Origin: Rhodospirillales bacterium
GTDB taxonomy: Bacteria; Pseudomonadota; Alphaproteobacteria; Bin95
DNA: 64,000 nucleotides
Assembly: GCA_038143065.1 (NCBI GenBank)
Contig: JAYQLI010000012.1
Coordinates: 79,198-143,197 of the forward strand
Reading direction: 5' to 3'
A model generated the notes under the pieces. That model saw only the letters and a program-made list of their open reading frames with translations. It ran no database searches and had not been told where the DNA came from. Below, piece after piece: positions 41,250 through 51,357 of the stretch. Each line of letters opens with the position of its first letter. Within the stretch, counting starts at the first letter, position 1. The position numbers were made by a program, and so were the translations under genes.

Positions 41250-42871
41250 TAGTCATCAATTATACCCAGCATTCTGGCCTGACTGACCGCACGTGCCCGA
41301 TTATGAACGTGCAATTCGCCGTAAATTTGTTTGAGATGATATTTGACCGTGTTAGAGGAAACCCCCATGACGCGACCAATTTCCTTGTTGGAAAAACCCT
41401 GCGCCAATAGCTCTAAATAACGCCTCTTGGAATCACCTTGTCGGTCGCGTGATTGCCCCTCGGTCGATGAAATTCCGCCCGATGACCAATGATGCATGAT
41501 TTCTGACAGCTGATGGCGTTGCACCGTGTCGATGGGTACTTTCACCCGTTCGCCGTCCAAAGCGGCCTGAACTACGGGTTGAAGCGACAGCCCCTCATCA
41601 AGAATAAATCGCCGAAAAGGCTGTTTCCCAAGAAGGCGAATCGACGACAAAAGCGCGCTGGTTGCGTCGCTGCGCCCGTTCAACTGCAAATGGGCCTGAG
41701 CGCGGATCACACGGAGTTTGGCCAGAGACAACAGTTGTCCGCCTCTGATCGCGTTTTCTTCAGCCAGATCCACAAAATCAAGCGCACGTTTGGCGCGGCG
41801 TGCACGAACCAGCCAACGGGCGATAGCAACGTTGGTGGTGCCGTGGCGAAGACCCCAATCCATTTGCGGCTGATTTGCATCCAGCTTTCCTGGATCCAAA
41901 CCAATACGTTGCATCTCGATGTTGGCTGTCTTGATCTCGTCACTGAGCGTCAGCGCACGTATGCGCTCGACGGCCATCAATCGCGCTAAACGCGGCATCT
42001 GACGGTCGCGGGCCGCAGCATCTGCATGAGCAAGTTCGTTTAAAGCACCCGGCAGTCCGGCCTGCACAAAGGCAAGTCGGGCACGAACGCGGTAGGTTGC
42101 CGCTAAAACATCAAGCCACGCATCCGTTTGCTCGATACTTGTCAACGCATCGGCCAACAGCGATTGAGCGTCTCCCATTTTATTCATCTCGTAGTAAACT
42201 TCGGATTTCAGCGCCTTACAGATCGCACGAAGCCCCTGCGGGTCACCATCCAACTGGTCTAGGCTTCTTTCCATCTGGTCATATTGGGCTATGGCGCCGG
42301 TCAGATCCCCGCGCATCATACGAATTTGTCCCAGATGGGTATGCATGTGTAACGAGCCGAACTGCGCCCCGCCTAACAGATAAAGCCGAATTGCGTTTTC
42401 AGCGTGATCCTGCGCGCGGTCGAATTCTCCGCGATGAAGCGCTGCAGTGGACAGGTGATTGAACGTTAGCGCTTGACCGACCTGATCACTCGCCGGTAGC
42501 GTCGACAACAATCTTTTCAAACGCGCCGAGTGCTCCTCGGTCAGAGCGCGGTCCTCGTATACCCTGACATGGGCATCAACAAGCAGCAGGTCCGCAGCGT
42601 GCGTCCCAACAGCAGGATCAGTTTCGTTAGTCGCGGACGTCATGTGTCTCAGTTGTTCGCGCGCTCCAGTCGGATCGCCAATCTTGGCAAGAACAAATGC
42701 TGAAGCGAGCATTGCCTGCGGCGAGACACCGTCTCTAGGCCGGTCCGTGGCAATCGCATCCAAGCCGGGCATATTTGGCACACGCATGTAGGAACGCCAG
42801 TCATTATTGTGATCAGTGTGCCCGACAGTCGAGGTTGCCCGTTTAGGCTTTTCTAAATTGTTTTGCACCAT
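41249..42871 (-). CDS. LuxR/MalT-like regulator (TPR-like region plus C-terminal LuxR HTH)
   Basis: LAQGFSNKEIG...SSNTVKYHLKQIYGEL.V.NR; lacks an obvious N-terminal ATPase. Confidence 0.85.
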   Translation of the reverse strand: MVQNNLEKPKRATSTVGHTDHNNDWRSYMRVPNMPGLDAIATDRPRDGVSPQAMLASAFVLAKIGDPTGAREQLRHMTSATNETDPAVGTHAADLLLVDAHVRVYEDRALTEEHSARLKRLLSTLPASDQVGQALTFNHLSTAALHRGEFDRAQDHAENAIRLYLLGGAQFGSLHMHTHLGQIRMMRGDLTGAIAQYDQMERSLDQLDGDPQGLRAICKALKSEVYYEMNKMGDAQSLLADALTSIEQTDAWLDVLAATYRVRARLAFVQAGLPGALNELAHADAAARDRQMPRLARLMAVERIRALTLSDEIKTANIEMQRIGLDPGKLDANQPQMDWGLRHGTTNVAIARWLVRARRAKRALDFVDLAEENAIRGGQLLSLAKLRVIRAQAHLQLNGRSDATSALLSSIRLLGKQPFRRFILDEGLSLQPVVQAALDGERVKVPIDTVQRHQLSEIMHHWSSGGISSTEGQSRDRQGDSKRRYLELLAQGFSNKEIGRVMGVSSNTVKYHLKQIYGELHVHNRARAVSQARMLGIIDD

Positions 42872-43105
42872 CTGTGGAATATACCGCCGCTCAACGGAAA
42901 ATCAACGGTGGGTCACTTACCCTGTTGGTGCACATTCGAAAATTGGAACAAGCAACTTGGATAGTTTTGGTGGCCAACGTTTTATCGCAAACAATACCTT
43001 CAGATAAAATGCGTGAATGGTAGTTTGGAGCCTTCCAGTTCTGATGCAATTGAATAGCCGGTTCGGGGAAAATCACCGCATTATTGAATTTCTTGTGCCG
43101 AATTC

Positions 43106-43138
43106 GCGCAGCGAATGCTGCGCGAGCATTCGCTGCGC
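43106..43138. repeat. Perfect 14-bp inverted repeat within a degenerate REP/MITE-like tract
   Basis: GCGCAGCGAATGCT-GCGCG-AGCATTCGCTGCGC. Confidence 0.55.
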
Positions 43139-43378
43139 CTGCAAAAGGCCACTTCTTCCGCATGTCTGACATTCATGTTTGTAACCGCGAAGGTCCGCTC
43201 TGCCTGCCAAGAGCTAAACAGCAGCATGTTTTTTGCGCTCTTTGGTCTTTTTAAGTAGAGCTACAACACACATCCAAAGCAGAAACGGAACCATTTATGG
43301 ACCAACTTTTAGAAAGTCATAAATTTCATGCAGGCTTTATACGGCAGTGCGCGCATTCTTATAACTTAACTGACTAAA

Positions 43379-44600
43379 CTATTTCTCCTCAACATTAGGC
43401 TGGCTTCCAATCGGCACAGTCGCACCTTGGATCAGTAGGTCATCGCCATTTTGACGGGGTTCTAATTCTTCCAAATCCCCGCACCTCGTTTGGTGTCTTA
43501 ATGCCGTTCTGGATCGCGGTCGCATGAGCTTCCATGCGGGTTTTCAAATCGCCGCGCAGTAAGCTATCCACGTTAAAGCGAACGCTCATATCGCTCTCGC
43601 GGCCAAATAGCTTAAGGTTCATTTCCTGCTCGGCCTGCTCAATCCAGCGCCGCAGCGTATGCTTTACGAAATGCAAATCCTGCTGCTCAACATTGCTGAA
43701 CGTGCCAGTCGATAAATCTTGCAGAAACACAGGCGGCAGTGAATATATCCGCGCTACTTGCTCAATGCAGAATTTCTGCAACTCTATCAGCTGCATTTCC
43801 TCTGGCGAAAACCCAATTGATTTTAGCTCATGGCCTGCAGGCAATGCCATGACAGGGCGACCCTCACGGGCCAGTTTGATCGTGGCACTGGCAACATCCT
43901 CTGATGCGCGCTGAGCTGCTGCCCCACTGGCAAACGGGCCTTGCAGCGCCACTGGTGGAATGCCGCCAGATTGAAACGCTTTTGATCCGTAGCGCGATGA
44001 TGCAATTGCCAGCCCAATGACGTCCTTGTTGGTCATGATTGGGCCGCGCACATCGATCATATTGTGTTTGAGCATAAAGCTCAGATCAATGATTTCTGTG
44101 GCTTCATAGATTGCCGTTTTGGTTCTGTAGCCTTTTGTCGGGTAGCCTTGCTCACTGGTCTTGGAGTAGACACTAAGATCGGTTGGATCGAGCGGCACCA
44201 AGTCGGTAATTACGCCCTGCCCGTTCCGCACAATCAGCGTAACAGATCGGCCACCCGTTAGTGTTTGCTCAAAGCTATATTTGCGCCACGCAAAGCTGCT
44301 CAGAGAGGGGTTTACGGCCCTATCAAGCCAAGTTCCCATTCCGTCAGTTACGCGCTCTGTGCCGCTCTGTGTGCGCCGCATAACCTCCAAAGGTAAGCTG
44401 GCTAAAGTGCCGCTGATAAAGTTGACCGCAGCCCAGATGGCTGGAACGCCCAACGCGCTTTCAACGTTAACGACAACGCCTGAGCTGGAGTTAAAATCGC
44501 CCCACCCCATTAGGTGCAGGAAGTTATCGGCAGACACGGGGATATTAGGGTTTTCGAGTGACCTAACGTCGACTTTTTTAAAGTTGTCAAAAAGGCCCAT
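43379..44600 (-). CDS. Phage portal protein, HK97 family (frameshift near 3' end)
   Basis: AAVNFISGTLASLPL, QLIE..KF..EQVARIYSLPP, TFSNVEQ, LLRGD, TPNEVR; shifted frame ends ...GATVPIGSQPNVEEK* at 43379. Confidence 0.9.
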
Positions 44601-44643
44601 GCTGTGGTTTCCTAGTCTTATCTTTTACAAGGGAGAGAACGAA

Positions 44644-44937
44644 ATGGCGAAGTATGCAGTTTATACAAAGTGGTCGTGGCCCAACGGCGTTCCAAGCGCA
44701 GAAACGATGCAACAAAAGCATCGTGAGGTTAAATCAAACACAAAAGCTGAAGATATTATTTGGTTTAAGATTGACGAAAACACTCATCAGTCGGTTATCA
44801 TTTATTCCTCTGAGGCAGACGCGAAGGAAGAAAACGCAAGGCGTCAAGAATTGCGCAAACAAACAATTGAAGAAACTGGTCACTCAATGATTGAAGAAAC
44901 TATGGGACCAATTCTTTCTATTATGTCTGAAGTCTAA
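44644..44937 (+). CDS. Hypothetical 97-aa protein (antisense moron between terL and portal)
   Basis: GGGAGAG RBS, MAKYAVYTKWSW...; stop overlaps terL stop. Confidence 0.7.
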   Translation: MAKYAVYTKWSWPNGVPSAETMQQKHREVKSNTKAEDIIWFKIDENTHQSVIIYSSEADAKEENARRQELRKQTIEETGHSMIEETMGPILSIMSEV

Positions 44938-46450
44938 ACCGCCATTTTAAACTCAGGATCGTCCCACGGGCTTGTCGGCATTGTCATATCTTCTGCGCTC
45001 ATTGATCCAAGAGCCATGGCCAGCGCCACCAGCCCATCAATCTTTGAGTAACTTTTTGACTTGTGCAGTTTGCGATTGCCCGCAGGATCGCTTTGCACAA
45101 CCGCTCCAGCTGCGCACATGTTAAGGATCGGGTTGCCGCCGTGGCGCAGCTTGCGCTCTGCAACATGTTGCTCAACCTTATCGACCGCTGGCGACATATC
45201 GCGAAAGCCTTGACCAAACGGCTGCATTGGAACTTGTCGCTGCCGATCTTTTCTAGCTCGCGCCTAAAGTCATTGATGCGCCACCTGTCATAGGCGAGCA
45301 GCTGCAGCTGATATTCCTCAACTATCTCTGCCACCGTTCTGGCGATCACCTCTGGCTGGATAACTGGCCCCGCGATCGTGGTTAGATAACCTTGGTCGGC
45401 CCATATATCCCACGGCACTTTTTCGCTCTGTGCCTTATCTCTCAGCCCGTCCTCTGGCAGCCAGAAATGCGGAACAACGTGTAGCTGGTCATCTTTTGGA
45501 AATACCAAAACCAGCGCCGTTAAATCTCGACTTGCCGAAAGATCGAGGCCAGCGAAACAAACATCACCAGCCTCGACAAGTGCAGGAGAACAACACGCCT
45601 CCCATTCTGCCCGTGACAGAAACGGAGACTGAGCCTCGATCCGCTGATTAAGGAATAGCCAGCGGAAAGAGTTTGCTTTTGCCGGGAGCCTTTCAGCTTG
45701 CTTGGCAAAATCCTTCATATCTTGTTTTGAGCGAAACTTACCCAGTGCAGGGTTCGCTATTTTCCACGCTTTCTGGTCAGAAAGTTCGCAATCTTTCGGA
45801 GCCGAATAAACGTGCGAAACAATGCGCCGATCTTTTGCAGCCGCCGCGTCATCCAACCAAATGCTAAAGAGGTCAGCATCCGTGGCAGCTTGCGTAGAAA
45901 TCGCGATAAGTAACGGGTTAGCATGTGCGCCCTGTGCAGTTTCGACTGCTTCAATAAACGCATCGTGTGGGCCGCGTACTTGCCCCACTTCATCTAAGAT
46001 GGCTAAGACAGGAGAAAGCCCGTGCGCGGTCCCACTCTCTGCGCTTATGGCTTTAAATTCAACATTACAAATCAAACCCACCAGCATCTTCTGCGATGGA
46101 ACGATCCGCACAATCTTTGACAGATCAGGCGACAGTCTGACCATTTTTTCAGCCAGTTTAAAAACCAAGCTGGCCTGATCGCGTGATCTAGCACCACTGA
46201 TGATCTGGCTGTTTTGCCTTGCTTCTGGCCCAACCAAATGCGCTAGCAATATGGCTGCGATCAGCGCAGACTTGCCATTCTTTCTCGCCACCGACAGATA
46301 AGCGCGACTGGTGCCGTGCGGGTTATCAAAGACATCCAAAATAAACTTGCGCTGAAACTTCATCAGCTTGATTGGCTGCCCCACCTGAGCGCCTTCTGGA
46401 ATTAGGCAATAATGCTCAATAAATGCGCATATTTTTTCGCCGCGTGTCAT
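44934..46450 (-). CDS. Phage terminase large subunit (frameshift near 45230)
   Basis: ARKNGKS Walker A, AILDE Walker B, ISTQA, GLDLS, YDRW, KIDGLVA. Confidence 0.92.
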
Positions 46451-46535
46451 GTTGATATTATCTTTCGTGGCGTAATATTTGACAGAAACGGATCAAACTT
46501 TTCGATAGCTGTAGCCATAACTAGGGAGAGAAAAA

Positions 46536-46920
46536 ATGTCGGATATTATGAACATTGCAGCGGATCGTGATCGACGTCAATAATGAATGGAGCTACGAGG
46601 GGGCGAGACTTATACTGGGGATTTACAATCGCAATATTCAGTAATTTAGTTACGCTATTTATCATTTCAGCAGGGTGGAGACTTACCTTCAAATGCTATT
46701 TGTAATGGTCGTGGCAACGTTTATTTTTGTCATGATTAATTCTTTTGATTGCATGGATGACCTTAAGGCAAATGCTGATGATATGGATGCAGAGGAAGCT
46801 GCTTCAAACTTTGGAGCAAAGTTCCTTAAAGCACCTTGGGGCATGTTTAAGACTGTTTTAACGATTTTGTTCGGAGCTATCGCACTTACACAGCTTGATG
46901 CCATTTGGGGCATCTTTTGA
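46536..46920 (+). CDS. Hypothetical membrane protein (antisense moron between terS and terL; 5' part frameshifted)
   Basis: GGGAGAG RBS before ATG 46536; ORF 46675..46920 with hydrophobic segments. Confidence 0.55.
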
Positions 46921-47390
46921 TTAATGAGCGGGCTGAGCGATTAGCCCCTCAACTCCAACATCCTTAAAGCCGCTCTAGCATCGCCCTCAACCTTAGCCGA
47001 TCCATTGATTGTGCGCGGATCAGAGGCCGTTTGGTTTAGCGACATTGATCGAATAACCGCCAGCTGACGCCGCTCAAGTGTATCTATGACTGACAGCAGC
47101 GGATTTGGTATCGGAGTGCCGCGCTTATTTTTAACCATCATACCCATAGCATCCAGCTCAATCTGAGCAGCTCGGATGTCCGCTTCCATCTTCACGATTT
47201 TCGCCAAGAAGATTAGGTCCATATCCCGCCAGTCTGACCTCGCGCGGGCGCGGGTGAACTGGTGCCAAATTATCAGCTCAGCCTCGCTGCGCAGCTCCAC
47301 TCCAGCAGGCAATGGAATGCGATCATTAATGGCACCAACAAATCCTGCCACCGCAGAGGTCGCGCTGTTTTTGTCAGATCGTTTTTTCAT
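46921..47390 (-). CDS. Phage terminase small subunit-like protein
   Basis: G..V.NKRGTPIPNPL..V...E.....IRSMSL motif; lies between cos-like site and terL; likely end ...GLIAQPAH* after a frameshift. Confidence 0.75.
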
Positions 47391-47473
47391 AATTCTGTTA
47401 CGACCTCTCGTTATCCAAAGACTACCTGTACCCTTTGTACTCACCCGCTTTTTGATCTCATTCAAAGAGCGGG

Positions 47474-47553
47474 TTTTTTTCGTAAACGCAAAGAAAGTTT
47501 GATGTGGACGCCGGTTTCTTAAACGTAGCTTTTAGCCTTTGACCCACCCCCCC
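47474..47553 (-). other. Putative cos region
   Basis: Minus strand CGGGGGGTGGGTCAAA...ACCGGCG...TTTCTTTGCG between HNH end and terS, the usual position in HK97-like phages. Confidence 0.45.
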
Positions 47554-47570
47554 GTTGTCGTACATAATTG

Positions 47571-47913
47571 CATGATGAAAAACTTTATGGCTATTCACGA
47601 CGCACACAGTGATGCGGCAAGAGAAGAGTATAAATCTTACTTTAAAAGTATTTACTCAAGCGAAACGACACATGGCGAGTGGGCCAAGAGTAGTGTTGGA
47701 GAATTTGCAACGGCGCACCAAGTTTGGATGGGCGCAGAGAGTGATTTCTTTTGCACACACTTTTTAGCCAGCAGCAAAGACAACGTTTTTAAGCAAATTG
47801 AGCTGTGGGGCATGTCCAGATTTTTCACCACAATGGTCATTGAGACAGATCGATTTACTTCTGCTTTGATGCCACCTGACCAAAGAATTGATCAATCCTA
47901 TTTTAACGATTGA
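47571..47913 (+). CDS. Hypothetical protein (antisense moron next to cos)
   Basis: MMKNFMAIHDAH...FFCTHF..; stop overlaps the duplicated HNH 3' end. Confidence 0.6.
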
Positions 47914-47921
47914 CGGACGGA

Positions 47922-48785
47922 TGCTTTGGGTCGCTAGGCCACCCATCGTCTCCGGTATTCAGAAAAGTTTTACGCTGCGTTAAGATCACTGAGACCCGCT
48001 ATAGGTACTGCTGACAAAGCGTAATTTTAAAAATACTTAGCGTCTGCCCGACGGTTTGAATAAGCCCACCCAATGGAAGAATGGATCACAAACTGACAAA
48101 GTCACAAATATCTTAGCTAATTAAAACATATCACCATCGTAGTGATCTGGATGATACTTCTTCATATACCAACGAAAAAACCAGAGGATAAACCAAGAGC
48201 AGACCATACCTAGAAATATTTTAGGGTTGGTCTCGTATCCTCTTTCCAGCGACTTGTCATTTATTCTAAGCATAACCCCAACGGCAAACATATTCCCTAG
48301 AATAACAAGCATTGTTCCACTCATTGTGAACATGAAAGTGAAGATAAAACCATCAAGCTTTCTAAAAAACAAACGTGCGTACGTCACAAGCTTTGTATCA
48401 GACGCAAGTACATCTAACGGCTGCGATTGCTTCTGCGTTTTCCTTTTTCTGTAGGGGTAAATAATTATCACCAGTATAGATAATACAACCGCGATAGATA
48501 TGATGGTGATACTTGCCTCGGGGAATTTGCCGTACAGTACAATCACCACCGGAAATGCTAGGACCCAAATTAAAATAAGGCCCCGCAGGCTAGCTATATA
48601 ATTCTTGTGGTTTTTATTCTCACTCATGACAACAAAAGCTTACTCGGTTTTTTGTTTTTTCAGTGTGCCTCGCCAGAGAAGCCTCATTTATCTGTTATAA
48701 TTCACGGCCTCAGCTTAAGACAGATTGGTTTATCAAAAAAGTTAGAATTTACTCATGGGTGCTTTGGGTCGCTAGGCCACCCATC
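47922..48785. repeat. 26-bp perfect direct repeat (47922-47947 and 48760-48785) flanking a membrane-protein gene
   Basis: TGCTTTGGGTCGCTAGGCCACCCATC twice; encodes DGWPSDPK of the HNH C-terminus. Confidence 0.85.
48121..48627 (-). CDS. Hypothetical membrane protein (about 4 TM), AT-rich
   Basis: 168-aa ORF with hydrophobic stretches between the direct repeats. Confidence 0.6.
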   Translation of the reverse strand: MSENKNHKNYIASLRGLILIWVLAFPVVIVLYGKFPEASITIISIAVVLSILVIIIYPYRKRKTQKQSQPLDVLASDTKLVTYARLFFRKLDGFIFTFMFTMSGTMLVILGNMFAVGVMLRINDKSLERGYETNPKIFLGMVCSWFILWFFRWYMKKYHPDHYDGDMF

Positions 48786-49082
48786 AGCTCCAATAGTCGT
48801 GTCATACCCCAACGCCTCTTCTGATTGGATCACGCCTGAGTGACAGCGCCAGCATACGCTTTCGAGGTTGGCAGGATCGTTGAACAAGGTCAGGTCGCCT
48901 TTATGCGGTTGGATGTGATGAACGACCGCTGAGCGGGGATCAGAGCGTCCGTTCGTTAAAGTTACTCTGCAACGCTGGCAGCGATAGCCGTCGCGGGTCA
49001 GGATCGTGCCGCGCAGCTGCTTCCAGCGTTTGGTGTAGTACAGTTTGCGATATTCATCAGCGGTGGTTGAGCGTTTATTCAT
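48753..49082 (-). CDS. Phage HNH endonuclease (HK97 gp74-like)
   Basis: Y.TKRW..LR...L.RD...CQ.C, VVHHIQPHKGD..LF.D..NL..VC..CH. Confidence 0.9.
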   Translation of the reverse strand: MNKRSTTADEYRKLYYTKRWKQLRGTILTRDGYRCQRCRVTLTNGRSDPRSAVVHHIQPHKGDLTLFNDPANLESVCWRCHSGVIQSEEALGYDTTIGADGWPSDPKHP

Positions 49083-49238
49083 AGCAAAATGGTGTGTGTG
49101 GCGACTGGGAGTAGCGGTCGCCACACAAAGCAACGACCCCGAAGGGTGCATGGGTCGTTTATCGAGCAGTACAAGGAAGGATGAACTGGACGTAACTTTT
49201 CCAATTCTATCCAAAATCTCACGATCGTCTCACGTTTA

Positions 49239-49571
49239 TCAACCCCTTAGTTGCGATAATTGCATTATTTTTTCCCAGACGTCTGAACAGGCGTCTTTCT
49301 GGGCCTTCCACAGCTGCTGGTAGTTCAACCCGGTAAGCTCCTGCACGGCCCGTGGACGCATCCCAGACGCCTTAAGATAGACAGCGCGTTTAAGCCGTTT
49401 GCGGTCGCCCTTCTCAATCAGAGCAACGTGATGCCACAGCTCAAGCATGACCTCAGCGCGGGTGATTTGCTTTGCGCTGGGGCGCGGTGCTTTGGTTTCG
49501 TCAGAGGGCAGGTTTTCAATCTCGCCCTTGAGGTACGCGCTGACCATCTGCCACGTAAGAGAAAGCGCCAC
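49239..49571 (-). CDS. Phage protein, DUF6362-like/late regulator-like, 5' truncated
   Basis: RPSAKQITRAE...W, C-terminal HTH-like segment; just upstream of HNH-terminase module. Confidence 0.4.
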   Translation of the reverse strand: MALSLTWQMVSAYLKGEIENLPSDETKAPRPSAKQITRAEVMLELWHHVALIEKGDRKRLKRAVYLKASGMRPRAVQELTGLNYQQLWKAQKDACSDVWEKIMQLSQLRG

Positions 49572-49774
49572 TTTTGTTAGCAGAAAAACTCTGTAGAGAC
49601 GGAACGTGTGCTGTCAGACTCGTTACGCACTTCAAGCATCAAAATTAAGCGTGCATTCTACTAAGTTACAGAAGCGCCACTCTGTTAAACGGTATCTGCG
49701 TGTTTGGTCTCGGCAATTTTGTCACATTCCAGTTACAAATGATTTAATCAGATGGCGTTTGTCACACAGTTTAA

Positions 49775-49885
49775 TCCCAACGAAGCGATCGATATTCGGC
49801 ATCTGATTTATACCGTAACCGTAAGCACTGATGGCTTTGGAAGCATGTTCGCCAGCCATAATGAAAATGATGTTTGGCGGTATTG
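49775..49885 (-). pseudogene. Sulfatase N-terminal fragment
   Basis: PNIIFIMAGEHASKAISAYG.GIN.MPNIDR resembles sulfatase N-termini. Confidence 0.55.
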
Positions 49886-49949
49886 CCCTGCTCGTCTCCA
49901 GCTGAAAACGCCTCAAAAATCTTTCATTTGAAGTATATTTTTATGCCCT

Positions 49950-50273
49950 TCAGGGTTGAGTCGATGCTCCGCTGATATTTACCGTCCCTTGGAGCACGGC
50001 CCCAGAGCTGACTTGCAGATTGGCGCTTTCCAAATTAGTCTTAGTTGTCAGAGCCTTCTTTCAGATCAACACTTTTGGCGTGAATCTCTCCTGAAATACT
50101 TCCAAGGCTGACAAGATGATGCGCTTGTATGTTTCCTTGAATAAAACCACCCGAATTTATGGTCACATTTATGCAGCTGACATCTCGACTACTCTTCCAT
50201 CGACAGTCAAGTTTCCATCACTTTTAATGTCACCTTCAATAGTTAAATCCGCGCTTATTAGGGAGTCTGACAT
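49950..50273 (-). pseudogene. Bactofilin (polymer-forming cytoskeletal, CcmA-like), frameshifted
   Basis: Manual translation MSDSLISADLTIEGDIKSDGNLTVDGRV..VTINSGGFIQGNIQA..GSISGEIHAKSV. Confidence 0.65.
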
Positions 50274-50483
50274 TTTTTCGATCCTTTATTGCTTTATCTT
50301 CTTGGTGAGCAAAAAAATGAGCCAAAAAATTCAATTGCCCAGCCATCTCCTCAACTACTACCCTGACAAATATAATAACTAGCTGCATAGCCGCTCGCCG
50401 GACTTCTAGCAGGCCATGACAGGTGTTTAAAACTCAGCCAGAAGACTTAGCCATCGTAAATTTGCGATCTAAATCGTTGCTGA

Positions 50484-50811
50484 GGTGCTGTCAGAATAAC
50501 GAGCCCAAGCATGATTATTCATTTGACGTCTACGCACGCCCCCTGCTCTTCGCTTTTTAATTTCGCTTGCAAATTGAGAGCCAAACCTGTCCCACCAGTA
50601 GCGGACAGATTCATAGCTTGAATCTATTCCACGCTCATGAGGCAGGTCCTCCACATTTCTCAAAGAGAGTGGAAATCTCACATAAAGCACCACCGAAAGT
50701 TGGATGATCTCTGGACTGGTTTTGAAGTAGCGGAATGAAACTTGATTGGGCATAGCTGGGTAGCTAATTGTCAGGCCTCCTTGAGGCAAGGTAATTTAAT
50801 CTGACAAAACC
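50484..50811 (-). mobile_element. Internally deleted IS6-family element with both IRs
   Basis: IRs GGTGCTGTCAGAATAA and GGTTTTGTCAGATTAA; ORF FRYFKTSPEII.L.V.LY.RFPLSLRNVED..HERGID.SYESVR.W. Confidence 0.8.
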
Positions 50812-51120
50812 CATAGTGCTCAACTATCATCGGTCTATGGGGTTTTATTATACCCCATATTAGATAGCTTTTGCTAGGCATGAGTGACTTGGTCCACGGA
50901 CCGCGGACCGAGCAAAACCAACCAACGCCAATTGTGTACAGGCAACGCCGGTAATAGGTCGACGGTGCGTACTCTATTGTCCGATAGAGCACTGGTTCTT
51001 GTTCCCGGTTCCCGCTTAGGCAAGATGGTTCAGGAACCCCGCCAGGTTTCATGTACCTGAATGGAGAGTGTTTTGTTATACGGAGAGGCTACGAAACCGC
51101 CCGCCCCGTCTCAAGCTCGT

Positions 51121-51304
51121 TTTGTCTGACAGTACCCGCTTACAGCTTTGTGGATTGCATCCACCCGCTGCATCGCTTGGCCGACAAGCACATCAACCTG
51201 CCGCAACTTCTGAACTATTTCCTCGAGCTTGTGCCGCTTGTTTGCCATCCTTCGTCCTCCGTTTTCTAAACATAACGGTGGGCCAAATCAGATGGGGTAT
51301 TCCA
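51121..51304 (-). mobile_element. IS3-family left end/OrfA fragment cut by an IS6 IR
   Basis: ATG 51248 gives MANKRHKLEEIVQKLRQVDVLVGQ; IS6-type IR GGTACTGTCAGACAAA at 51136-51121. Confidence 0.7.
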
Positions 51305-51357
51305 GCCTTACATCATTACTACTATCTATTGTCTGTCTGTACTGCTATATTATGCTG

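Noticed and set aside
43379-49082. RcGTA-like gene transfer agent controlled by the nearby ctrA
   Set aside because: HNH, cos-like site and an ARKNGKS-type terminase indicate cos packaging rather than headful GTA packaging; capsid and tail genes are absent
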